A DNA stretch of 31,778 nt from a virus (taxonomy: Duplodnaviria; Caudoviricetes), in the IMG/VR virus record IMGVR_UViG_3300032305_001620, positions 1 through 31,778 of that record; one strand, written 5' to 3'. A program made the translations under genes and the position numbers. This document shows, piece after piece, positions 1 to 8,525 of this stretch. Under the pieces are notes generated by a model that saw only the letters and a program-made list of their open reading frames with translations, was not told where the DNA came from and did no database searches. How positions within the stretch are numbered: position 1 is the first letter of the stretch; each line of letters starts with the position of its first letter.

Positions 1-2
1 CA

Positions 3-266
3 ATCAATTCACTTCAGGGTAACTTGAGAGGATATGGTACATCAGCATCTTCAGCTTATAAATCAAATGCTATTGTAACACAGTATGGTAAAACAGGTAC
101 TGTTCTTAGACAGTATACGCTAAATGGAATTTTCCCTAGGTCAGTTTCTAACATTGAACTTAATTGGGGTGACGTTGATAGAATTGAACAGTTCTCTGTA
201 ACATTTGAATATGATTGGTGGGAAGTTTCTGGTGGTAATACAGGTAATGCAGGTGGTGTGGGTTAA
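3..266 (+). CDS. gp19: Tail tube protein, C-terminal part (gene starts upstream of window)
   Basis: Frame open from base 3; YK..A.V.QY...G...R.Y...G.FP..VS.IEL.W...D.IE.F.VTFEYDWW matches T4 gp19 C-terminus; lies upstream of portal. Confidence 0.93.
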   Translation: MNSLQGNLRGYGTSASSAYKSNAIVTQYGKTGTVLRQYTLNGIFPRSVSNIELNWGDVDRIEQFSVTFEYDWWEVSGGNTGNAGGVG

Positions 267-313
267 GACTATATACAATGAACTTTAACATGATGAAAAG
301 GGATAATTGATAA

Positions 314-922
314 ATGTCTATGCCGTATACCTATTTAATTGGATGGTCTAAATTAAATATTTTTTATTATGGTGTACGATATGCAAAAAATTGTTCACCA
401 AACGATTTGTGGAATCCTTATAAAACATCTTCTAAGCATGTAAAAACATTTATTGAAAAAAATGGAGAACCTGATATCATTAAAATTAGAAAAACATTTA
501 ATGATAAAAATAAAGCTAGGATGTGGGAAGAAAAAGTATTAAAAAAATTAAATGTCACCAATAATGATAAATGGTTAAACAAAATTGTTGGCAATTCTAC
601 TTTTGTAAATTTAGGGCATTCAGAAGAAACTAGAAAAATATTATCAGAAAGAAAAATTGGAAAAAGAAGATCACTTTCTTCTTGTAAAAAACAATCAGAA
701 ACAATGAAAATATCTCAACTTGGAAGCAAAAACAATTCTTGTAAAAAAATTAGAGTAATAGATAAATTTGGAGATAATGTTTTTGGCTCCATAAGTGAAT
801 ACTGTGATTTTAGAAAAGATATACCAAAAAAAATGTATATATATGATAGATTTAATGCTTTCAAAAAAAATATTAAACAAAGAACAAACAAAGACATAAT
901 TTTAATGGAAAAGGTGATTTAA
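314..922 (+). mobile_element. Free-standing GIY-YIG-type homing endonuclease with NUMOD3-like motif
   Basis: N-terminal YTY..YYG.R, YKTSS and WE...L...N pattern; GHSEETRKILSERKIG NUMOD3-like repeat; very Lys/AT-rich; inserted between gp19 and gp20. Confidence 0.8.
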
Positions 923-923
923 T

Positions 924-2501
924 ATGCGACTTTTTGGATTTGAATTAGCCAGAGAAAAGAAACCGGAATTACCTACCTTTGTTGCTCCACAGACAGATGA
1001 TGGTGCAGTTACTCTAGCAGCAGGTGCCTCTTATGGTCAATATGTTGACCTTGATGGCTCTGTCAGATCAGAAGCAGAATTAATCAACAAATATCGTCAA
1101 ATGGCAGAACATCCAGAAGTGGAAACTGCCATTGACGATATTATTAATGAAATGATTGTTCTTGAAGATAGTAATGAAATCATTAAAGTTATTCTTGATG
1201 GTTTAAAAGAACTTCCTCCAAAAATTAAAGAAGCAGTAACCTCAGAATTTGAAGAAGCTAAAAGACTTCTACAATTTAATTCAAATGCTTATGAAATTGT
1301 AAAAAGATGGTATATTGACGGTAGATTATACTTCAATGTAATGATTGATCCAAAAACACCTGAAGCAGGTATTCAGGAATTAAGATATATTGATCCAAGA
1401 AAAATCAGAAAAATTAGAGAAATCAAAAAGAAAAGACATCAAGAAACAAACATAGCTGTTATGGATGATCCTTCTCTTGAATATTATATCTATAATGATA
1501 AAGGGTTTTTTGTTCCAACATACGGTTCTGTTGCTGCAGGAACATCTTCAGGTATTTCTTCTGGTGTAAGAATTGCCAAAGATACTGTTATTCAGGTAAC
1601 TTCAGGTCAATCATCAGTTAAAGGAGATATGATTCTATCTTATCTTCATAAAGCAATCAAGCCTTTAAACATGTTGAGAACGATGGAAGATTCACTTGTA
1701 ATCTATCGTATTTCAAGAGCACCAGAAAGACGTATTTTCTATATTGACGTTGGTAATCTTCCAAAACTTAAAGCTGAACAATATCTCCGTGATGTTATGG
1801 CTAAATTTAAAAACAAAGTTGTTTATGATTCATCAACAGGTGAAATCAGAGACGATAGAAAATTCATGACCATGTTGGAAGATTTCTGGCTACCACGTAG
1901 AGAAAACGGTAGAGGTACAGAAATCACAACTCTTCCCGGTGGTCAAAATCTAGGTCAGATTGAAGATATCGTATATTTTCAAAAGAAACTTTTCAATTCT
2001 TTGAATGTTCCTGTAACAAGATTGGAACCAGAACAAGGTTTTGGTATTGGTAGAGCCACTGAAGTTTCAAGAGATGAAGTAAAATTTTCAAAGTTTGTAA
2101 GACGTTTGAGAATGAAGTTCTCAACACTGTTCACAAAAATCATTGGTAAAAATCTTGTTCTTAAAGGTGTCATGACTATTGAACAATGGGAACAGATTGC
2201 ACAGTACATTAAGTTTCAGTTTGCCAAAGACAATTATTATGATGAATTGAAGAATGCAGAAGTTCTAAACAACAGAATGCAACTTCTTGGAACAGTGCAA
2301 CCATTTGTTGGAGTTTATTTTTCATCATTATGGGTTAAGAAAAATATTCTTAGACAAGATGATAGTGAAATTGAAGAGATGGAAGAAGAAATGATTGAAG
2401 ATACTCAGAATCCACTTATACAAAGAGCAAACATGATGAATGGTATGGAACCTGCTGGTGGACCGTTGGCTTCCCAACCAACTCAAATGGGCAAAAAATA
2501 A
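924..2501 (+). CDS. gp20: Portal vertex protein
   Basis: WYIDGR, LRYIDPRKI, SYLHKAIKP.N.LR..ED..VIYR..RAPERRIFYIDVGNLPK, MLEDFWLPRRE..RGTEITTLPGGQNLG motifs. Confidence 0.99.
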   Translation: MRLFGFELAREKKPELPTFVAPQTDDGAVTLAAGASYGQYVDLDGSVRSEAELINKYRQMAEHPEVETAIDDIINEMIVLEDSNEIIKVILDGLKELPPKIKEAVTSEFEEAKRLLQFNSNAYEIVKRWYIDGRLYFNVMIDPKTPEAGIQELRYIDPRKIRKIREIKKKRHQETNIAVMDDPSLEYYIYNDKGFFVPTYGSVAAGTSSGISSGVRIAKDTVIQVTSGQSSVKGDMILSYLHKAIKPLNMLRTMEDSLVIYRISRAPERRIFYIDVGNLPKLKAEQYLRDVMAKFKNKVVYDSSTGEIRDDRKFMTMLEDFWLPRRENGRGTEITTLPGGQNLGQIEDIVYFQKKLFNSLNVPVTRLEPEQGFGIGRATEVSRDEVKFSKFVRRLRMKFSTLFTKIIGKNLVLKGVMTIEQWEQIAQYIKFQFAKDNYYDELKNAEVLNNRMQLLGTVQPFVGVYFSSLWVKKNILRQDDSEIEEMEEEMIEDTQNPLIQRANMMNGMEPAGGPLASQPTQMGKK

Positions 2502-2549
2502 AACAAATAAATAAGAGATGAACCAAACAAAATCAGGAGAACTACTATA

Positions 2550-3977
2550 ATGGTTAGATATATTGACGAAAGAAATGTTGTAGACGCTGCAGACCATGTT
2601 GGTGCAGACACAATGCCTATTGATATTGAAACAGAATCTCCTGCTGCACCTAGGGTAAAAAGAAGCAAATTTTCAAGAAATCTTGGAAAACTTGGTTCAA
2701 GTTTATATGGTTTAACTGTTGGTCCTGCTGCTTCTCTTGGTAACTCAGCGTTTAAAGGTGCAAGAAAAGATTTTAGACGAATGGGTAAATCCTTTACCAG
2801 AGGTGGTAAAGTTGCTGCACAAGGCTCAAAACTAAGATCAAGAGCATGGGATATGAAAGCTAAAGCTGATGACCGTTACAATGCAGCTATTGGTAAATCT
2901 AATGCTACTTGGGGCAAAGGAATTCGTAAATCTCTATATGGTAGAGGTAAACAAATATTATCTCCTATCATATCTGAACATGAACTTCTTGAATATGGTA
3001 TCACAAATTACGATCTTGACAACTATGATTATTTCCTTGTTGAAAAGAAAACAAAGAAATCAAGATTGGGTAAAAAATTAGGTAAAGCATTTGGTGGTGC
3101 TGTTGGTGGTGCTGGTGATGCTGTTTTAAATACTTTTAATTCTGCTGGCGATGCTGTAGACAATACTGTTGCAGGTGGCGCAAAAATTGTCAGAAGGGCT
3201 AAAAAAGCAGGTTCTAGAGCATTGAAAAGTACTGGTAGAGAACTAAAAAGAACAGGTAAAGCTATTGGTAAAGCTGCTGGTGAACATAGAAAAAACCTTG
3301 GAAAAAGCTTTAGACAAGCTGGAAAAAATATTTCTAAATTTGGCAAAAGAACAGCAAAAACCTACAAGAATGTTGAAAAAGCTTTAGACAAAGCTTCAGA
3401 TAAAGTTCATGATTTTGTTGATGATGCTATGGATGATGCCAGAAAAGAAATTAATGCTATCACTAAAACAGCAACATCAATGAGCAAATCTGCTGCAAGA
3501 ACAAGACAACTTTCTGGTCTTTCAAAAGAAGACAAAGCCAAAGCTTCTGAAGGTAGAAAAGCACTTGCTGCAAGCAGAAAAGCAAGAAAAGATAATTCAA
3601 GAAGCGTTAAAAATGCAGAAAAAGAAAGACAGAGTGAACTTTCTGAATCACTTCTAGCAGAACTTGGTTCACTTTATAATTCAATCAACATGATTCCTCT
3701 TGTTGAATCAATCATGAATGGTGAACCAGCATCTACACAGGATATCTTTGGAGATATCATGAATGACAAACTTGCTGCAGCTATTGAAATCTACAGAAAC
3801 GCTTCTGCAAGTGATCTTTTCAATGGACCATCAGAATTTGATGATGAAGACTATGAAGATGGTTTTGAAGATGCAGAAATAATTGCTGAATGGGTTGATG
3901 GTCCTGAAGATGAAGACGATGAAGAAGAAGAGTTTGAATTTGATGAAGATGATTTTGAAGAGGAAGATGAAGAGTAA
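2550..3977 (+). CDS. Prohead core protein: gp67-like acidic C-terminal domain fused to a long basic N-terminal extension
   Basis: Directly after gp20; C-terminal ~95 aa (LVESIMNGE...IF.DIM.DKL..AIE..R...A..LF, then Asp/Glu tail) resemble gp67; N-terminal 380 aa rich in K/R/G/A. Confidence 0.65.
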   Translation: MVRYIDERNVVDAADHVGADTMPIDIETESPAAPRVKRSKFSRNLGKLGSSLYGLTVGPAASLGNSAFKGARKDFRRMGKSFTRGGKVAAQGSKLRSRAWDMKAKADDRYNAAIGKSNATWGKGIRKSLYGRGKQILSPIISEHELLEYGITNYDLDNYDYFLVEKKTKKSRLGKKLGKAFGGAVGGAGDAVLNTFNSAGDAVDNTVAGGAKIVRRAKKAGSRALKSTGRELKRTGKAIGKAAGEHRKNLGKSFRQAGKNISKFGKRTAKTYKNVEKALDKASDKVHDFVDDAMDDARKEINAITKTATSMSKSAARTRQLSGLSKEDKAKASEGRKALAASRKARKDNSRSVKNAEKERQSELSESLLAELGSLYNSINMIPLVESIMNGEPASTQDIFGDIMNDKLAAAIEIYRNASASDLFNGPSEFDDEDYEDGFEDAEIIAEWVDGPEDEDDEEEEFEFDEDDFEEEDEE

Positions 3978-3998
3978 TTGTAAAAACGGATAATTAAA

Positions 3999-5519
3999 AT
4001 GTCAAAAAAAGATATTGTAAACATGATTGTGGAAACCTATTCCGCCCATTCAAAGGCGGATCAGGATTTTCTTGATCTTCATGCTCCTATCATCACTACA
4101 CATTATTCTCCAGATTATCCAGAAATGGATGATATTCTTACAGCAAGACATTTCAACACTTATGTTAGAAGAGAACATGGTAGGAACCATCCTGTAGCTG
4201 GTGAAGCTTTCTCAAAAGCCAATCAGACAAGACAAGCTATGTATAATCAGGATCATGGTTACATGCCAGATGAAGATTCTAATTATTCATTTCCTCACCC
4301 ACATTCTTTGGGAGAAGGTGCTAGATGGAACGCTTTCAAAAAAAGAGCATCTTCTGATTTTGGTAAGCTTAGAAGTGATTATAAAGCTGCTTCTGCCAGA
4401 GACAAAGAAGCACATTCAGCAAAGCTTTTAAAACATGGTAAAATTTCTGCTGATAAACATTGGGAAAATACCAGACATGGCACATACCATGCAGCAGATG
4501 GTAATCATTATGATTATAAAAGAACTGTAGTTGATGGTCAACATCAGCTACAAATAAGAAAACAAGGATCAAAAAGCAATTCTCATGAAACTGTTCACAT
4601 CAATAAAGATTGGTCTTCAGAACAAGGAATGAGACACCATAAAGGTCCATCACATATTGAACATCTTTATTCAAGTCCAGAAAATAAACCAAAAGTTGAT
4701 ATGAATGAAATGATTATGCTTAGACCACATCCATATCCTGAATTGATAGATAATTTTCCTCATATAAATCCTTTCAGCAATAAAAGAAAAAAACCATCTC
4801 TGAAAACACCATTTTTACCAGATGATGTTCGCAATGCAGTAAAAGCTGTTGCACATCATTTAAAAACTGATGCAAGAATTGTTGCTGAAACTATGGTTGA
4901 TAGACCTAATACAGGTAATGATTTTCCTATGCAAGGTTCTTCAAAACAGAAACCAAAAGATAATTCTGGTAAAGTTTGGAAACCAAAAGTAACAGATACT
5001 ACAACAAAACCACCTACTTCTACTCTAAAACCAATGACAGAAGAAAGATTTGTTATCAAGTATGTCCTAAAAGGCACACTTGAAGAAGGCGAAACAAAAC
5101 CTTGGAGTGATCCAGACAAAGCTGTTGCATATGCTCACAAGATGTTTGCTTCACAACTTTATGAAGAAGTAGAAGTTATTGAAGAATCTGTTTGGAGACA
5201 TGTTCATGCTGTAACTGGAGCGGCAAAAGGTTTTACTACTGGTCTTGGTAAAGGTATTATTGGTGGTGGTCTTGCTGGTGCTGCTATTGGACTTACGACT
5301 GCTAACCCAGTTGGTGGTGCTATTGGTGGTGCTGCACTTGGTGGAATAATTGGTTCTTCACAAGACGCAACAAAAGGTTTCATGAAAGGATATGATAAAG
5401 GTCGTGAAATGGATTTTCATAATGCAAAGAAAAAGTATGAAAACAGTAGAGATACATATGGAAAAGATCATCCAGTAACACTGAAACATTTAGACCATAT
5501 GCGTAAATTATCAGGTTAA
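3999..5519 (+). CDS. Putative internal head polyprotein with C-terminal glycine-zipper module
   Basis: 506-aa ORF between gp20 and gp21; His-rich segments separated by IVE/LGE/MNE/VAE/IEE; GxxxG array near C-terminus. Confidence 0.55.
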   Translation: MSKKDIVNMIVETYSAHSKADQDFLDLHAPIITTHYSPDYPEMDDILTARHFNTYVRREHGRNHPVAGEAFSKANQTRQAMYNQDHGYMPDEDSNYSFPHPHSLGEGARWNAFKKRASSDFGKLRSDYKAASARDKEAHSAKLLKHGKISADKHWENTRHGTYHAADGNHYDYKRTVVDGQHQLQIRKQGSKSNSHETVHINKDWSSEQGMRHHKGPSHIEHLYSSPENKPKVDMNEMIMLRPHPYPELIDNFPHINPFSNKRKKPSLKTPFLPDDVRNAVKAVAHHLKTDARIVAETMVDRPNTGNDFPMQGSSKQKPKDNSGKVWKPKVTDTTTKPPTSTLKPMTEERFVIKYVLKGTLEEGETKPWSDPDKAVAYAHKMFASQLYEEVEVIEESVWRHVHAVTGAAKGFTTGLGKGIIGGGLAGAAIGLTTANPVGGAIGGAALGGIIGSSQDATKGFMKGYDKGREMDFHNAKKKYENSRDTYGKDHPVTLKHLDHMRKLSG

Positions 5520-5524
5520 AAATA

Positions 5525-6346
5525 ATGACAGAAGATTTATTCAAAAATCCATATAAAACATATTTGTTTGAAAACGATAACCCTTATAATTTACCACAGC
5601 TTTCTGATGGTACATATGTTGCGCCTGAAGTATTTAAACAAGGAGCAATAAGAAAACATTATCCCGGTCAAAAAGTATTATTTCATACAATAATACACAA
5701 TCGTCTCCAGCAACAAAGACGTGCTGAAGCTAGGCAAATGCATGAATCTAATCTTAAAAGTTGGAATATTTCTTTAGAAGAAAATCTAATAACACCATTA
5801 TCACAATTACCAAACGGTCTTTATGTAGCACCACATATGTCTTTGAGAAAAGGCAATCTTTTAAAAAGAATGATAAACGATAATGGGGATCATGTAGTTT
5901 TTGTACATCCTCATATTTACAGACAAATTGCTCAAGACCATTCATTGGCAGAAGCCAGAATAAGAGATTGGAATGGTAGACTTGTTGATACAGATATTGG
6001 AGGTTATTATCATCCAGAAACAGGAAATTGGGTTCCTCATAAACCAGCATCTGGTGGTTGGACAAGACATGATTCAGGTATGCGTCCATCACGTTCTCCA
6101 GTAAACAAATCAAAATGGACTAAAGCAGCAGACCATTATGGTCCTATTAATAAAGCAGCACATGAAGCCAGAATGGAAGAAGCTAGAAAAAAAGCAGAAG
6201 CAAAAGAACTAAAAAGACTTGCTGATGAACAGTTATTAGTTAGAAGACAACAGTTAATTAATAAAAGACAATCTGAAATAGACAATCCAACAGAACCAAA
6301 ACCAAGAGGCAGACCACCAAAGAATAAAAATACTAAATGGTGGTAG
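5525..6346 (+). CDS. Putative internal head protein with duplicated QLxxGxYVAP module
   Basis: 273 aa; KTYLFE leader; LPQLSDGTYVAP and LSQLPNGLYVAP repeats; basic C-terminal PRGRPPK (AT-hook-like). Confidence 0.55.
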   Translation: MTEDLFKNPYKTYLFENDNPYNLPQLSDGTYVAPEVFKQGAIRKHYPGQKVLFHTIIHNRLQQQRRAEARQMHESNLKSWNISLEENLITPLSQLPNGLYVAPHMSLRKGNLLKRMINDNGDHVVFVHPHIYRQIAQDHSLAEARIRDWNGRLVDTDIGGYYHPETGNWVPHKPASGGWTRHDSGMRPSRSPVNKSKWTKAADHYGPINKAAHEARMEEARKKAEAKELKRLADEQLLVRRQQLINKRQSEIDNPTEPKPRGRPPKNKNTKWW

Positions 6347-6349
6347 TTA

Positions 6350-6357
6350 TATAAATA
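6350..6357 (+). promoter_or_regulatory. T4-type late promoter TATAAATA
   Basis: Exact consensus in intergenic gap 27 nt before ATG 6384; gp55 is encoded in the window. Confidence 0.85.
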
Positions 6358-6383
6358 TATAATAATACAAGTAAGGAATAAAA

Positions 6384-6731
6384 ATGGCTGAAAGTGCAAT
6401 TTTCAATAATATCTTTGCAAAAACACTTTGTGCAAGGCAACAGGGTGCAGGGACATTAACAGTACAGCTTTCAACAGCAAACGTTTCTGCAGCAGAAACT
6501 GTCACTGAAATGTATATTGAAAAAATTGGTTGGTCAGGAAATACCACAATTACCAGAGGTGCCAATACTATTTTCACTTCTGCAACAGGTACAGCAGGGT
6601 TTCTAGACCTTTATGGAAACGGTATGACCAACAAAGAATATCCTACCAGAAACGTTGCTATCACAGTTGCTGATGGTGGTTCTGCTTTTGTTTTGATTGG
6701 TAAAAGAACATCTTCTAATACGGTTTACTAA
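6384..6731 (+). CDS. Small beta-rich hypothetical protein, probably virion-associated
   Basis: TAAGGA SD, late promoter, Thr/Gly/Ala-rich, immediately before gp21. Confidence 0.6.
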   Translation: MAESAIFNNIFAKTLCARQQGAGTLTVQLSTANVSAAETVTEMYIEKIGWSGNTTITRGANTIFTSATGTAGFLDLYGNGMTNKEYPTRNVAITVADGGSAFVLIGKRTSSNTVY

Positions 6732-6741
6732 GGAAATTAAA

Positions 6742-7398
6742 ATGAAGTTAATCACAGAATTAAATGAAGATGTTCAAGTTCTAGTAGAAGCTAAGGACGG
6801 CAAGAAAAAATATTTTATTGAAGGTGTGTTTCTTCAGTCAGGCATTCCTAACAAAAATCATAGAATTTATCCATCAAATATCATGGAAAAAGAAGTTAAT
6901 CGTTATATCAAAGAAAGTGTTGACAAAAATAAGGCATGGGGTGAACTTAACCATCCTCAAGGTCCACAAATCAATCTAGAAAGAGCCTCCCATCTTATCA
7001 AAAGCCTTGTAAGAGAAGGTAAAAATTACATTGGTAGGGCTGAAGTTCTAGATACCAACATGGGTAATATTGTTAAAGGTCTTTTGGAAGCTGGTGGTTC
7101 TGTAGGTGTTTCATCAAGAGGATTAGGTTCTCTGAAACCCCTTAATAACGGTATCAATGAAGTCATGGATGATTTTAAGCTTGCTACAGCAGCAGATATT
7201 GTTTCTGACCCATCAGCACCTGATGCTTTCGTTAAGGGTATTATGGAAGGTGTGGAATGGTTCTATAATGGCAGTTCTTATGTATCAGAAAAAGTTCATA
7301 ATATTAAATCAAATTTTCATAGAATGTCCAAAAGACAACTTGAAGAAAATAAACTTATAGCATTCGATAAATTTATGAAAATCATTTCAGAAATTTAA
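6742..7398 (+). CDS. gp21: Prohead core protease
   Basis: MKLITE start after AAGGA SD (trimmed from 6697); IEGVFLQ, N.N.RIYP, GELNHP, GVSSRGLGSL, DIVSDPSAPDAFV. Confidence 0.98.
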   Translation: MKLITELNEDVQVLVEAKDGKKKYFIEGVFLQSGIPNKNHRIYPSNIMEKEVNRYIKESVDKNKAWGELNHPQGPQINLERASHLIKSLVREGKNYIGRAEVLDTNMGNIVKGLLEAGGSVGVSSRGLGSLKPLNNGINEVMDDFKLATAADIVSDPSAPDAFVKGIMEGVEWFYNGSSYVSEKVHNIKSNFHRMSKRQLEENKLIAFDKFMKIISEI

Positions 7399-7402
7399 GT
7401 AA

Positions 7403-7410
7403 TATAAATA
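7403..7410 (+). promoter_or_regulatory. T4-type late promoter TATAAATA
   Basis: Exact consensus upstream of gp22, GGGAG SD follows. Confidence 0.88.
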
Positions 7411-7437
7411 TTAAAGAATTAAAGGGAGTTTTATTAA

Positions 7438-8469
7438 ATGTCAATGATTAATGAAGAAGATAACACACCAGCAGCAGCATCACTACATGCAGGTGCTAGA
7501 CCAGCAGAAGGTATGAATGATTTTGATCCAACAAAATCAGAAATGCTTGCGTATGCTCTACAGGTTATGGGTGGAATGACAAAAGACGATCTTAATGGTT
7601 TCCTTGCTTCCATGCAGAACTCACAGCATTATGCAGACTCAATTCCCTCTGGTGCTGCAGCACAGAATCTAGGTTCTATTGCAGCTAAACCATCTGCAGC
7701 ACTCTCAGAAGAAGATATCACTTCACTTTTTGAAGGTCAAGACATTTCAGAAGAATTTGTGATCATGGCAAAAACCATTATGGAATCAGCCATTGATGCA
7801 AGACTTACTTTGGAAGCTGCACATCTTCAGGAACAGTATGAAGAACTTGTAGAACAGGCTTATGAAGAAATTTCAGAAACCATGTCAGACAAAATTGACC
7901 AATATCTCAATTATGTTATTTCTGAATGGATGGAAGAAAACAGACTTGTACTTGACCAAGGTGTAAAAACAGAAATCACAGAATCATTTATTGAAGGTAT
8001 GAAAAATCTATTTTCTGAACACTATGTTGATATTCCAGAAGATCAGGTTGATGCAGTAGAAGAACTTGCAGATAGAATTGAAGATTTGGAAGCAAGGCTT
8101 AACGATGCTCTTGAATACAACATGGAACTTGAATCTGGCATTGAAGATGCAGAAAGGGACCATGTTCTAGGGACAGCCATTTCAGACCTTTCAGATGATG
8201 AAGCAGAAAAACTTTTGTCTCTTTCAGAAAATCTTGAATATAGAGACGTAGAATCTTTTGCAACATCAGTATCCATTTTGAAAGAACAGATTGAAGCATC
8301 TAATTCTTTTAGAAATTCTTCAGTACCAAGACTTTCAAGAAACACAGGTCTTATCACTGAGGATGTATTCCTAACATCAGATGAATACACAAGCAATGAA
8401 AGACCATCAAGCGGAAATCCTATCTCTGCTTATGCAAACCATATCGCTAGAACAAGCAAAAAAGTTTAA
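7438..8469 (+). CDS. gp22: Prohead core scaffold protein
   Basis: Acidic coiled coil; ISEEF...AKTI.E.A, D.YLNYV..EWMEEN, ESFI.G.K.LF.EHYVDIP motifs; position between gp21 and gp23. Confidence 0.95.
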   Translation: MSMINEEDNTPAAASLHAGARPAEGMNDFDPTKSEMLAYALQVMGGMTKDDLNGFLASMQNSQHYADSIPSGAAAQNLGSIAAKPSAALSEEDITSLFEGQDISEEFVIMAKTIMESAIDARLTLEAAHLQEQYEELVEQAYEEISETMSDKIDQYLNYVISEWMEENRLVLDQGVKTEITESFIEGMKNLFSEHYVDIPEDQVDAVEELADRIEDLEARLNDALEYNMELESGIEDAERDHVLGTAISDLSDDEAEKLLSLSENLEYRDVESFATSVSILKEQIEASNSFRNSSVPRLSRNTGLITEDVFLTSDEYTSNERPSSGNPISAYANHIARTSKKV

Positions 8470-8471
8470 AT

Positions 8472-8479
8472 TATAAATA
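8472..8479 (+). promoter_or_regulatory. T4-type late promoter TATAAATA
   Basis: Exact consensus upstream of gp23. Confidence 0.88.
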
Positions 8480-8525
8480 ACATTAAGTCCTAATAAAATT
8501 AAAAAGGAAAAGGGAGTTTTAAAAA

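Noticed and set aside
3837-3974. GAA/GAT-rich low-complexity tract as a DNA repeat element
   Set aside because: Explained by the Asp/Glu tail of the core protein.
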